This document shows positions 28,753 to 39,839 of a stretch of 64,000 nucleotides of DNA, piece after piece (position 1 is the first letter of the stretch; every line of letters starts with the position of its first letter). Source of the DNA: an uncultured Chloroflexia bacterium (GTDB taxonomy: Bacteria; Chloroflexota; UBA6077; CF-72); NCBI GenBank assembly GCA_963776625.1, contig CAVZNP010000001.1, positions 205,922-269,921 on the forward strand, in the 5' to 3' direction. Below the pieces are notes generated by a model. The model was not told the origin of the DNA and searched no databases. It was given only the letters and a program-made list of their open reading frames with translations. The translations under genes were made by a program, and so were the position numbers.

Positions 28753-31053
28753 TCAGTCAGTCACGGGCGGCGGGCCTACGAACGTACTCAGGTCCGGCGG
28801 ATCTCCTGGAATGTCCTGACTCTCGAAGTACTCGAGGATCGGGTGATCATCCGTCAACACCGGCCCAGATGTCCCAACATACGCGTGCAGTTGCGCGTCG
28901 GTGCCTCGGAACTGCGCGAGCACATCCTGTGCGTGGTTGAACCCCACCTCCGCCAGACTCGCGCGCGCCGACGGGTCGGCCAGCCGTGCTTCCAGTTCAG
29001 CGCGGCTCAGCTCGATCGGTGCGTTGGAACCGATCAGTAGGTCCCCACCCAGCCACAGCGTCGCATGTGGAAACGCCTGCAAGAAGGTGCGGATGATCAG
29101 CGAGTGCTCGAACGCCGTGCCGGGCGACACCCACTGCACCATGATGCCGTTCGGCGAAAGCGACCGAGCGACAAGTGAGAAGTACTCAACCGAGTACAGG
29201 TTGGTCGCTCCCGCGTCGTACGGGTGCACCACGTCGGCAGTGATCACGTCATACGGCTGGCGGTTGCGCAGCAGATAGTTGCGCCCGTCGTCAACCATCA
29301 AGTCCACGTTCGGTCGAGAGAGCACGTCGGCATTGGCGACGCGGAAGAACGGCGCCGCGGCGATGACGCTGGGCGAGAGCTCCACGACGTCGATCTGAGC
29401 CCCACCGTGCTGCGCGAGCGCACCCGGCGTCGCACCTGCGCCAAGCCCGACCACCAGCGCCCGCGGCGTGCGTGTGGGAGCCAGCAGCGCCGCGAGGTGG
29501 CCCATGACACGGTGGTAGCGCACGAGGTCTGGCGAGTCGTTCGTCTGCCCACGGCTGTTGGTGAACAGCGTCTGCATGCCGCTGGCGTCGCGGCCGACGC
29601 TGACCGTGTTTTCGAGACCCTCCCAGTACGCCAGCAACTGCTGGTCGGGGAAATGCTCGTGGAAGACGACTTCGTGGATCGGCGCCATGAGCGTGCCAGC
29701 CGCGATCACCACCAGGCCGGTGGCGCCGCAGGCGACCGCGGCTCCACGCCGACAGGCGTTCAGCAACAGCGTGACGCCGACGAGCAGGTTCAGGGCGGCG
29801 AGCAGCAAGAGGCTGTGGTGCGCGCCGAGCACGGGCACCAGGATGAAGCCGGCCGCGAGGGAGCCGACGATGGCGCCCGCCACGTTGCCGGCGTACACGC
29901 CACCGAGCTTCTTGCCGAGACCGTCCGCGCCCGCGGCCCACAGGCGTGCCGCAACGGGGAACGTGGCGCCCATCAGCAGCGCGGCGGGCAACACGGTGAG
30001 CACGCACATCATGGCCATCAGCCGCAGATCAGTGCGCACGAAGCGCAGGAAGAGCGGATTGGCGCTGTCGCGCAGGGCGGTCAGGCCGGTGTAAACGTCG
30101 CCGAAGGCAGCCAGCGCCAGGACCGCGGCGAGGCCGATGCCAATTTCGAGCAGGCCGAAGGTGACCTGCGCGAAGCCGCGCGAGGGCCGCCAGCGGATGA
30201 GGGCTCCGCCAAGTGCGCCACCGATGGCAATGCCTGCCAGGACGGTGGCGAGCATCAGCACGAAGCCGTAGATGCTGGCGTCGAAAAGGACCGCCAGGAT
30301 GCGCGACCAGACGACCTCGTAGGCGAGGCTGATGCCGCCGGAGACCGCAAACGCCAGGAGCGGCACCAGTGATCGCCGGCGCTCCGCGCCGATCGGTCCC
30401 TTCAGGGGTCCGGCGACCGTCTCAGACGCGACGGATTGCCCCACGAAGACCGAGAGGAGCAGCGCGCCCAACCCCGCGACGGCATTGGCCCCCGCCGCCG
30501 CGGTGATCGTCTCCGTCAACCCCAGCGAGCCGATGAGGACCAGCCCCGACGCCAGACACCCGACAATCGCCCCTGCCGTGTTCGTGGCGTACAGCAACCC
30601 CATCGCCCACGCGTCGCCGCTGACTCGATCCGCCTCGATGGCCCGCACGGCGCGCACGCTACGCACCGCGAGGGGCAGCGTCGCGCCCATCAACGCTGTC
30701 GGGACCAGCAGGACGACAAACGCCAGAACCGCGCGCAGCGTGCCCGCGATCAGCGGCGCCTGCGACGGATCCACGACATGGGCGGTGCCGGCGTAGACGG
30801 CTTGTAGCAGTCGGAAGGCCCACGGCGTCAGAAGCGCGGTGGCGCCCACGGCCAGCTCGACTAGCCCGTACAGGCGCAGCGGCCGGGCCACACTATCGGC
30901 GGTTCGGCCGCCAACCAGGCTGCCGATCGCCAGACCGCCCATGAATGCTGCCAGCACGGTGCTGATGGCGTAAATCGTCACGCCGAAGGCGAGCCCCAGG
31001 AGGCGGACCCACGCGACCTGGTACACCAATCCCGCGGCGCCCGAGGCGAACAA
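28753..31053 (-). CDS. Fused MFS-type membrane domain / spermidine synthase (polyamine aminopropyltransferase-like)
   Basis: About 11 TM helices, then the spermidine-synthase fold 'VVGLGAGATPGAL...DVITADVVHPYDAGATNLYSVEYF'. Confidence 0.8.
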   Translation of the reverse strand: MFASGAAGLVYQVAWVRLLGLAFGVTIYAISTVLAAFMGGLAIGSLVGGRTADSVARPLRLYGLVELAVGATALLTPWAFRLLQAVYAGTAHVVDPSQAPLIAGTLRAVLAFVVLLVPTALMGATLPLAVRSVRAVRAIEADRVSGDAWAMGLLYATNTAGAIVGCLASGLVLIGSLGLTETITAAAGANAVAGLGALLLSVFVGQSVASETVAGPLKGPIGAERRRSLVPLLAFAVSGGISLAYEVVWSRILAVLFDASIYGFVLMLATVLAGIAIGGALGGALIRWRPSRGFAQVTFGLLEIGIGLAAVLALAAFGDVYTGLTALRDSANPLFLRFVRTDLRLMAMMCVLTVLPAALLMGATFPVAARLWAAGADGLGKKLGGVYAGNVAGAIVGSLAAGFILVPVLGAHHSLLLLAALNLLVGVTLLLNACRRGAAVACGATGLVVIAAGTLMAPIHEVVFHEHFPDQQLLAYWEGLENTVSVGRDASGMQTLFTNSRGQTNDSPDLVRYHRVMGHLAALLAPTRTPRALVVGLGAGATPGALAQHGGAQIDVVELSPSVIAAAPFFRVANADVLSRPNVDLMVDDGRNYLLRNRQPYDVITADVVHPYDAGATNLYSVEYFSLVARSLSPNGIMVQWVSPGTAFEHSLIIRTFLQAFPHATLWLGGDLLIGSNAPIELSRAELEARLADPSARASLAEVGFNHAQDVLAQFRGTDAQLHAYVGTSGPVLTDDHPILEYFESQDIPGDPPDLSTFVGPPPVTD

Positions 31054-31185
31054 AAACCCCGCGACGATCGCCGTGATCGCCGCGGAGTAGTGGCGTTGGG
31101 TCTCGAGACCCTCGGCCGCGGGCTTGAGAAGCGTGCCTCTCGAGCCCGAGACCGTGGGGGTGGTCAGTCGATCACCTGCGTGGCG

Positions 31186-32647
31186 TTAGTCTTTCCCGTT
31201 CGTCGAAGTTGGGGCTGGTGTCGGTGTGCCGTTGTCATGAGTCGCGGCAGTCGCCGGGACGTCCAGCGCGCGCAGCCGCCCCATCAGGTCCGAGACCTTC
31301 TGCCCGGTGAGTGTCTCGAATAACTCGGGCACCTGCGCCACCATCTTGGCGACTTCACCCGTCAATTGTGAGACACCCGCGTTGTGACCATCGCCGGTCG
31401 AGACGATGGTGATTTTGTCCACGCTGGCGAGTGACTGCGACAGCGCGCGCACCACCTCGGGCATCCCGGTGATCAGCTTGTCGAGAACAGCCGCCTGGCT
31501 GTACTCCTGGTACGCCTCGGCGCGCTGGTGCATGGCGTCGGCTTCTGCCTGGCCCTTGGCGCGGACGATCTCTGCCTCGGCGGTACCTTGCAGGCGCGTC
31601 GCCTCGGCCTGGCCTGCCGCCTCGGTGGCCAGCTTGGTGCGCTGCGCTTCGGCCATCATCTGGATGCGCTGTCGCTCGGCGTCGAGCCGGCTTGGTGACG
31701 GTCGCTTCGAGCTCGAGCACGCGTCGCTGGACCTCCAGTTCCTGGACGCGAATTTGCTCCTGGCGTTGGACCTGGTCAATCTTGACCTGCTCGGAGATGA
31801 CCTTCTGCTGCGCCTGGTTAGAGGCGATGTCGTACGCCTTCTCGGCGGTGGCTCGCTGCGTGCGCACGGCGACCTCGTACTCGGCCTTTTTCACCTCGAG
31901 GTCGCGAGTGGCTTCCGCCTGTCTGGTCTCCGAGGACGTCTGCGCGATCACACGCTCCTGATCAGCTTGCGCCTGGGCGACGGCCGCTTCGCGCATCGCC
32001 ATCGCGCGGCGGATGGCCGTGTCACGCTCGGCTTCGGCCTGGGCGATGTCCGCCTCGCGCTTGACGCGCGCAATGTCTGGACGGCCCATGTTGTTGATGT
32101 AGTCGTTTTCGTCGATGACCTTTTTGATGGTGAAGGACACTACCTCGAGGCCCATCTTGGTCAGGTCGTCGGAGACGCTGTCTCGCACGCGGCCGGCGAC
32201 GATCTCAGGCTCCTTGACGATCTCTTCGACCTTCAGCAAGCCGACGATGCCGCGCAGGTGACCTTCCATGACCAGCCGCAGCAATGCTTCGCGTTCCTGG
32301 GGTGGCTTGGTCAGAAACTGCTCTGAGGCGGTCCGAATGCTGAGCGGATCTGACTTGACTTTGATCTGCGACACGGCTTCGACCGCCACCGCGACGCCCT
32401 GCGACGTGTACAGCTGCTGTTCGGGCGCGACATCGAAGGACATCAGCTCCAGCGACAGCTCTTGAAAGCTCTGGAACAGTGGCCAGACGACCTTGCCGCC
32501 GCCGGTCACGATATGCGTGCCGCCCCAACCGTAGACGATCAGCGCCCGGTTCGGACCGACCCGCCGGAACAGATTGCCGATGATCCACATGCTCAGCAGC
32601 ACCGCGACGACTGCCGCGAAGATCACGGCACCGAGAAGGATGTCCAT
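31186..32647 (-). CDS. Flotillin/band-7 (SPFH) protein, FloT/YuaG-like. Apparent frameshift near 31683-31693.
   Basis: SPFH N-domain 'KVKSDPLSIRTASEQFL'. The flotillin EA-repeat C-terminus ('AEAEIVRAKGQAEADAMHQRAEAYQEY') lies in a second frame (ORF 31186..31779). Confidence 0.8.
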
Positions 32648-32657
32648 GCGTAGTCTC

Positions 32658-33266
32658 TTAAGCCTCTTCCTTCTCCGGGGGAGCGGTCAATGAATCCCGC
32701 TCCGCCAGGAACTCACCCCAGGGTTGCACGGTGGCAAAGCCATCTGTGTAGTTGGTGATGACAACTTCCGTGCCGCGCGCGATTGGGTGGCCCTTGACGT
32801 TGGCGCGCGCAGCTTCGCTTCGCCGTGAGCCGGCCTTTTCAAACATGATTTCGCCTGTTCCGCCGGCCGGGATGCCGACGCTGACCTGGCCTACGGTGCC
32901 TTCGAGTCGATAGTCGTCGGGATCCATTTCGACCTCGCCCTTGAGCACCAGGCCCAGAAAGCGAGCGACCAGGTACCAGCCGAGAGCGCCGACAGCCAGG
33001 GCCCCGACAATCGCGACCGGGAGGGCCCAGTCGCCGAGCCTGGTCAGCAGGAAGCCGGCAGCGCCAAACCAGGTGAGTCCGCCGACGAGCGACGAGGCGT
33101 TGAGGAGCGGCAGCTGATCGCCGTGCGCCTCCCCATGCGCGGCGTGGGCGTGAGCGTGCCCAAGGTCGTGGCCGAAGTGTCCGCCGATATGGACCGAGCC
33201 GAGTACGACGGAAAGCAGCGTGAACAGGAGTCCGAACGCGAAACAGGCGAGAAAAAAGGTTTCCAT
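32658..33266 (-). CDS. NfeD-family membrane protein (flotillin partner, YuaF-like)
   Basis: N-terminal TMs plus a C-terminal OB-fold 'GTVGQVSVGIPAGGTGEIMFEKAGSRRSEAARA'. Located immediately upstream of flotillin. Confidence 0.7.
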   Translation of the reverse strand: METFFLACFAFGLLFTLLSVVLGSVHIGGHFGHDLGHAHAHAAHGEAHGDQLPLLNASSLVGGLTWFGAAGFLLTRLGDWALPVAIVGALAVGALGWYLVARFLGLVLKGEVEMDPDDYRLEGTVGQVSVGIPAGGTGEIMFEKAGSRRSEAARANVKGHPIARGTEVVITNYTDGFATVQPWGEFLAERDSLTAPPEKEEA

Positions 33267-33553
33267 GAGAGCCTGTCCGATGTGGTCGGTGGTGTACTCC
33301 TCGTCCCGTGGGGTGTCAATGAAGGGACGTAGAAGTGACGTACCGAACGGTCGGAAAGTTGCACCTGGAGCCGCCGCGCGCCCGTTTCAGGTGCGTGTTG
33401 CTCAGTGTTGCTCAGGCGGTGGTGCCGATAGACGTCAAATTCACTGGCCTATAGCCCCCTCGGAGTTGCGCTTGCGTCTCAAGCTGTCGACATCCCACCA
33501 GGAGGGCATTCGTTACCCGCACGCTGGCGGCGTATGTGCGATGCTCCTGCTAC

Positions 33554-34006
33554 ATGCGGCAGCCGCGGCGGGTGGGACGCTGGGTCCTGCTCGGGGTGAG
33601 CGCCAGCTTGCTCGAGCTGGCACTGCTGCACGCGCTGTACGAGGGTCTGCGCTGGCCGCTGCCCGTGGCGACTGCGCTGGCCGCGGAAGTGCTCATCATC
33701 GCCAAATTCCTGGGCAACGACCGCTTCGTCTTCGACCATCCCTGGCCCAACTTCACGCGCCTGGTGCGCTACCACTGTGCCTCGGCCGGCGCGCTGTTGG
33801 TCTACTGGCTGGTCCTGAACTCGCTCAGCCTCGCCGCGGGCGTCCCGTACGTGGCCGCGTTTGTGATCGGCACGGCCGCCGCCTTTGGCTGGAGCCTGAT
33901 AACGAATTTCTTGTGGGTCTGGGAGCAGCATAATTTGCCCAGGGGCGCCACCGGCTATGCACAGCCACAGCCATTCAGAACACGAAAGCTCAGCCGCGGC
34001 GAATGA
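33554..34006 (+). CDS. GtrA-family membrane protein
   Basis: Four-TM small protein with 'AAEVLIIAKFLGNDRFVF' and 'NFLWVWEQ', typical of GtrA. Confidence 0.6.
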   Translation: MRQPRRVGRWVLLGVSASLLELALLHALYEGLRWPLPVATALAAEVLIIAKFLGNDRFVFDHPWPNFTRLVRYHCASAGALLVYWLVLNSLSLAAGVPYVAAFVIGTAAAFGWSLITNFLWVWEQHNLPRGATGYAQPQPFRTRKLSRGE

Positions 34007-34937
34007 ACGCCGCCTGAGCCTGGTCCTGATCATCACCGCCGCCTACCTTCTGGCTGAGGTTGTGGGCGGCATCTTGACGGGCTCGCTCGCGCTGCTGGCC
34101 GACAGCGGCCACCTGCTCGGCGACGTGCTCGGCCTCGCCATGGCGCTGGGCGCCATCCGCTTCGCGCGCAGGCCCGCCACCGCGGGCAAAACCTACGGTT
34201 TCTATCGCGCGGAAATCCTGGCGGCGCTCATCAACAGCGTGCTGCTGATGTTCGTCTCACTGTGGATCCTGTACGCGGCCTGGCAGCGACTGAGGACACC
34301 GGAGGTCAACATCCAGGCGGTGCCGATGCTGATCGTCGCTGCTGGTGGCGTCGTGGTCACGCTGATTGGGGCCGCGCTACTCCGCGGCGGCGCATCGGAC
34401 AGCCTCAACGTCAAAGCGGCATTCCTGGAAGTCGTGGGCGACCTGCTCGGGTCCATTGGCACGGTCATCGCCGCCGTGGTCATCCTGACGACAGGCTGGA
34501 CGCCGATTGACGCGCTCATCTCGGCGGCTATCGGCGTGCTGATGCTGCCGCGCGCGCTGTCGCTATTGCGCAGCGTGATCGACGTCCTGCTCGAGGCGAC
34601 GCCGCGCCATGTGGACATGCCGGCGATCGAGGCGGCGATGCTTGCCGAGCCAGGTGTGGAGTCGGTGCACGACTTGCACGTGTGGACGATCACCAGCGGC
34701 TTCGACGCGATGAGCGGCCATGTGCGCTCGAACGGTCGGCCCTCGCAGGAAGTGCTGCACGATCTGAGCACGCTGCTCCGCGACCGCTTCGGTATCGAGC
34801 ACATCACGCTGCAAGTCGAAGCCGCGGATCACGCCGACGACGGCGCATGCTGCGTCGCCGACCCGCGCTGCTTCGTGCCTATGCCAATCCCAGTGCCCGC
34901 CAGAACGGCACACTCGCGCACAGCGCCAGAAGCGTGA
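33957..34937 (+). CDS. Cation diffusion facilitator (CDF) family metal efflux transporter
   Basis: His-rich N-terminus, 'LLADSGHLLGDVLG' and 'HDLHVWTITSG', typical of CzcD/ZitB. Confidence 0.9.
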   Translation: MHSHSHSEHESSAAANERRLSLVLIITAAYLLAEVVGGILTGSLALLADSGHLLGDVLGLAMALGAIRFARRPATAGKTYGFYRAEILAALINSVLLMFVSLWILYAAWQRLRTPEVNIQAVPMLIVAAGGVVVTLIGAALLRGGASDSLNVKAAFLEVVGDLLGSIGTVIAAVVILTTGWTPIDALISAAIGVLMLPRALSLLRSVIDVLLEATPRHVDMPAIEAAMLAEPGVESVHDLHVWTITSGFDAMSGHVRSNGRPSQEVLHDLSTLLRDRFGIEHITLQVEAADHADDGACCVADPRCFVPMPIPVPARTAHSRTAPEA

Positions 34938-37239
34938 CCACGCCATAGGCGATCGCCGTCGGGCGCGCCTGCTTGTGTGTGAACAGGCGGCCATTGGTGC
35001 CGTGGTACAGCGCGAGATAGGTGGTGCTCTGGTAGGGCAGGAAGAAGCCATTGCAGGCCATCAGCGCGATCAGGCCGACAACCCATGGATCGATCCCCGC
35101 GCCCTGTCCCACGGGGGCGAGAGAAATGGTCAATAGTGGCGCGGCGGCTTGCCACCGCATCACCAGGCTCAGTGCGAAGCACAGGAGGGTCAGCGCCGCC
35201 ACGAACAGTACCGGCGAGTTGGCCAGGCCGCCGATGAGCTGCGTCGCGATGCCTGCGAGCCAGGTGTCGAGGCCCGTGTCGCTGAACACGTTGGACATGC
35301 TCGTCAGCACGCCCGAAAGCAGGGCGAAGCTCCAGTTGACGGCGCCCAGCCCGCCGCCGGTGAGCACCCCCGTCGCGGCCAGTATGGCGAGGGCGACCAC
35401 GCCCACCCATGCTGGATCGATGTGGTGCAGCGGCTGGGTGCTGAAGCCCACGAGCAGAAACACCGTCACGCCAATGGCGATTTTCTCGTGGCGCGAGGGA
35501 GGACCAAGCAGCTCGCGCTGCAAGGCGAGTCGGGTGCCCGAGCTGACCGAGCCATCCGAGCTTCCCGCGCGCGGACGGTAACGCCACAGAATGAAGGCGG
35601 CCAGCAGGCCGAACAGCACAATATGCGTTGGCAGCGCGCGGGCAACCCAGGAGCCCCAGCTCACACTGGCACGCGTTGCGTCGGGCAGGACCGCGTAGAC
35701 CAGGACCGACGTGGTTGAGCTCGTCAGAAACAGGGCCACCACCTGACCGAAGCCGATCAGCACGATCATGGCCAGGCCAATCGCTGCTCGGCTGTAGGGC
35801 TGCATGCCCAGCGCGTCGATCAGCTCGGTGACCGCCGGCGCGACCAGCGCGACGCGACTGGTCGCATTCGGCGCCGCCGGGCCGACGACCATGCCCGCGG
35901 CGCCCAGCCCGAGGATCTGCCCGACGTAACCACCGCGGCTGTTGGCCACCACCCACAGGGCCATGCGGTACAGCAGCCCCGACGATGCGATGGCCACGCC
36001 GACGGCAAGGGTACTGACGACCAGCGCCCACTGTGTGGTGGCGAAACCACCGAGGGCGATGCTCGGGGTGGTCACCCCGCCCACGACCCACACGGCTACC
36101 AGCAGCAAGGCAACGATCCCGTCCGGCAGGGCCTCGACGGCAAAGAGGGGGAGACTGGCGAGCAGCGCCGTCAGCGCGTGCCAGCCGCGGTCGGACAAGC
36201 CTTCAGGTGGGGGCAATGGCCAGGTGCCAACGAGCAAGATGGCCGAGATCAGCAAGGCGGTGGTTTTTCTGCTCAAGGGCCAGCGTCGGCCGGGCTCGCG
36301 CTTGTCGGGCCTGGCCGGAAGAGCTGTCTCCGCGGGCGCCGCCTGCAGCTCGAGCAGGTGGGGGTACTGCTTCAGCGCGTCAGGCGGCAGCAGGCGCACC
36401 AGGGCAGCGGCTTCCTCGAGCGGGACCTGGCCAACCTCGCGGTCGACCAGCTCGAGGGCTTCGGCGACCAGGCCGCCCTCCAGCAGCACCTGCACCGCCA
36501 GCGCGCGGGCGCCCACCTGACGAGCGCGCGCCGCCAGCTCGCGGCGCGTATCCGCCACGTGGCGCGGACCCTCGCGCTCGATCATCTGCGCAAGGAGAAA
36601 ACGCCTGAAGGCGGGCGGGTAGGCCTGCGCGTCGGCGTCGAGCAGCGCGTCGGCCAGCGGCAGCGTGCTCGGCGGCATGCCCAGCACGTCCTGGTCGAGC
36701 GTTGGCAGCAGCGCCGCGCGCTCCAGCGTCTCCTGCTGGGAGCGACTTAGCCCTGAGTACAGGTGCTGCGCCATGCCCTGGTACTCGTGCGAGAGCTCGG
36801 CGACCTCTTGCATGCGCAGCGCGAGGTGACTGCCCATCGACGCGGCGAAAAATGTGGCAATCGCCGGGTTGCGTTGCGCCAGGCGCGTGAAGCGCTCCCC
36901 GGGCAGGCGCCACAACCTGCTGTCGGTGACGGCTCGAAGCGTGGTGGCACGCACCTCGTCGCGCAGCAAGGCCAGGTCGCCAAAGACGGCCGGCGGCTGG
37001 AGGACCTCGAGTCGGACGCCGTTCGCCCGGCGTTCGACCACGCCTTCGCGCAGGATGTACAGCGCGTCGGCTGGCGCGCCTTGCGCGTAGATGATGGCCC
37101 CCGCGTTGACGCTCACCTCCTGGAGCGCGGCTGCCAGGCGGGCGCGGTCGATGGGTGACAGCTCCGAGAACGGAGCCACGTTGGCCAGCTCGACGGCGGC
37201 TCTGGCGATAGCTTCTCGCGCGCCGTGTCGAATGGCCAC
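34879..37239 (-). CDS. Cyclic-nucleotide-binding domain fused to an SLC13/DASS-family anion permease
   Basis: cNMP-binding 'FGDLALLRDEVRATTLRAV' at the N-terminus. ~14-TM SLC13-like C-terminal domain. GTG start after a 'gataat' -10-like box. Confidence 0.7.
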   Translation of the reverse strand: MAIRHGAREAIARAAVELANVAPFSELSPIDRARLAAALQEVSVNAGAIIYAQGAPADALYILREGVVERRANGVRLEVLQPPAVFGDLALLRDEVRATTLRAVTDSRLWRLPGERFTRLAQRNPAIATFFAASMGSHLALRMQEVAELSHEYQGMAQHLYSGLSRSQQETLERAALLPTLDQDVLGMPPSTLPLADALLDADAQAYPPAFRRFLLAQMIEREGPRHVADTRRELAARARQVGARALAVQVLLEGGLVAEALELVDREVGQVPLEEAAALVRLLPPDALKQYPHLLELQAAPAETALPARPDKREPGRRWPLSRKTTALLISAILLVGTWPLPPPEGLSDRGWHALTALLASLPLFAVEALPDGIVALLLVAVWVVGGVTTPSIALGGFATTQWALVVSTLAVGVAIASSGLLYRMALWVVANSRGGYVGQILGLGAAGMVVGPAAPNATSRVALVAPAVTELIDALGMQPYSRAAIGLAMIVLIGFGQVVALFLTSSTTSVLVYAVLPDATRASVSWGSWVARALPTHIVLFGLLAAFILWRYRPRAGSSDGSVSSGTRLALQRELLGPPSRHEKIAIGVTVFLLVGFSTQPLHHIDPAWVGVVALAILAATGVLTGGGLGAVNWSFALLSGVLTSMSNVFSDTGLDTWLAGIATQLIGGLANSPVLFVAALTLLCFALSLVMRWQAAAPLLTISLAPVGQGAGIDPWVVGLIALMACNGFFLPYQSTTYLALYHGTNGRLFTHKQARPTAIAYGVVTLLALCASVPFWRALGLA

Positions 37240-37294
37240 TGCGTCGTGATTATCTCGTGTTCGTCGATAAACGGGATTCAGCGTTTCACGTTTC

Positions 37295-37320
37295 AAAGGG
37301 GGGCGGCGGCCCCCCTTTTG
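37295..37320 (-). terminator. GC-rich hairpin (gggggg-cggcggc-cccccc) with flanking T/A runs. Likely terminator for zwf.
   Basis: Perfect 7-bp G/C stem just downstream of the zwf stop. U-runs occur on both strands. Confidence 0.6.
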
Positions 37321-37336
37321 ACTCAGCGGGGACTGA

Positions 37337-38881
37337 CTAGAGCTTGCGCCACTGCCGGCCGTCGCGCTCGATGAACGCGTCGGCCCACGCCGGCCCCCAG
37401 CTGCCCGCTTGATAGAAGTGCACGTTATTCGGATGCTGCGCCCAGCCCTCTTGAATGTCTTCCGCCCACGCCCACGCTTGCTCGACCTCGTCCGCCCGCG
37501 TGAACAGCGTTCGATCCCCGAGCATGGCATCCAGCAGCAGCCGCTCGTAGGCATCCGCCTGGGTCACGGTCTCGCCAAACGATGAGCCGTACTGGAAGTT
37601 CATGTCGACTTCCTGCAATTGCATGGTCGGGCCCGGGATCTTGGCCCCGAAGCGCAATGAAATCCCCTCGTCTGGCTGAATACGCATCGCCAGCACATTT
37701 GGCTCGAGCCGCTCCTCGCCCGGGAAGAACATCTGCGGTGCCCGCTTGAATTGAATGGCGATCTCCGTGGCCCGCTTCGGGAGTCGCTTGCCGTGCCGCA
37801 AGTAGAAGGGGGTGCCCGCCCAGCGCCAGTTGTCAATTTGCAGGCGCATCACCACAAACGTTTCCGTCCACGAGTCGGGGGCGACCTTCTCCTCGCCGCG
37901 GTAGCTGGCCACCGGAATTCCGGTCAGCTTGCCAGCCGTGTACTGGCCGCGCAGCGTGAACTCGCCCGTCTGTTCGGGTGGAATGCGGCGCAAGGCCTTG
38001 AGCACCTTGAGCTTCTCGTCACGCACGGGCTCGGCCTCGAAGACCACCGGCGGCTCCATCGCCACGATGGACAGCAACTGCAGCATGTGGTTCTCGACGA
38101 CGTCGCGGAACGCGCCGATCTCGTCGTAGTACCCGCCGCGGCGCTCGACGCCCACGGTTTCCGCCACGGTCAACTGCACGTGATCGATGAAGTTGCGGTT
38201 CCAGATCGGCTCGAAGATGCCGTTGGCAAGTCGGAACGCCAGGATGTTCTGAACCGTCTCCTTCCCCAGGTAGTGGTCGATGCGATACACCTGCGACTCG
38301 CGGAAGACCGACTGCACCGCGTTGTTCAATTCGCGCGCTGAGCCCAGGTCGACCCCGAACGGCTTCTCGATGACCAGACGGCAGAAGCTGTCCTCGTCGC
38401 GGCGTTGATTGAGTCCGGCATCGCCCAATTGCGCGGTGATGGTCTGGAACAGCTCAGGCGGCGTCGCCAGGTAGAAAATGCGATTGCCCTGGGTGCCGTG
38501 GGCCGCGTCGATGCGTTCGAGGCGCTGGCGCAACATGGCGTAGCTGGACGGATCGTCGAACTGCCCCGACATGTAGTGAAGACAGGACTTGAACTCTTCC
38601 CACAAGGGCTCGGATACGACGCCGCCGTTACGTTCCAGCCCTTCCCGCGCGGTGCGGCGAAAATCGTCGTCGGACAACTGCGAGCGGGAGAAGCCGACCA
38701 CGGCGGAGTGCTTCGAGAGCAGGCCCGCCTGAAAGAGATCGAAGACGGCGGGGATGAGCTTGCGATGGGTCAGGTCGCCAGAGGCGCCGAAAATGACGAG
38801 AGCGCAGGGTGGCGCCGGCCGCTGTTGGGTCGACGCCAGCACCTCACCGTCACGAGTACTGACCGAAACGTCAAGTGCCAT
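37337..38881 (-). CDS. zwf: Glucose-6-phosphate 1-dehydrogenase
   Basis: 'VIFGASGDLTHRKL', 'RIDHYLGKE' and 'EKPFG' motifs. Start trimmed to 'MALDVSV'. Confidence 0.95.
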   Translation of the reverse strand: MALDVSVSTRDGEVLASTQQRPAPPCALVIFGASGDLTHRKLIPAVFDLFQAGLLSKHSAVVGFSRSQLSDDDFRRTAREGLERNGGVVSEPLWEEFKSCLHYMSGQFDDPSSYAMLRQRLERIDAAHGTQGNRIFYLATPPELFQTITAQLGDAGLNQRRDEDSFCRLVIEKPFGVDLGSARELNNAVQSVFRESQVYRIDHYLGKETVQNILAFRLANGIFEPIWNRNFIDHVQLTVAETVGVERRGGYYDEIGAFRDVVENHMLQLLSIVAMEPPVVFEAEPVRDEKLKVLKALRRIPPEQTGEFTLRGQYTAGKLTGIPVASYRGEEKVAPDSWTETFVVMRLQIDNWRWAGTPFYLRHGKRLPKRATEIAIQFKRAPQMFFPGEERLEPNVLAMRIQPDEGISLRFGAKIPGPTMQLQEVDMNFQYGSSFGETVTQADAYERLLLDAMLGDRTLFTRADEVEQAWAWAEDIQEGWAQHPNNVHFYQAGSWGPAWADAFIERDGRQWRKL

Positions 38882-38891
38882 TGGTCCTTGC

Positions 38892-39827
<936 letters not shown>

Positions 39828-39839
39828 ACTCGTGTCTCC

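Noticed and set aside
34829-36091. 420-aa minus-strand ORF in an alternative frame within the SLC13 permease gene
   Set aside because: Arg/Gly/Pro-rich with no TM or domain signal. The in-frame 34879-37239 reading gives a coherent cNMP-binding plus permease protein.
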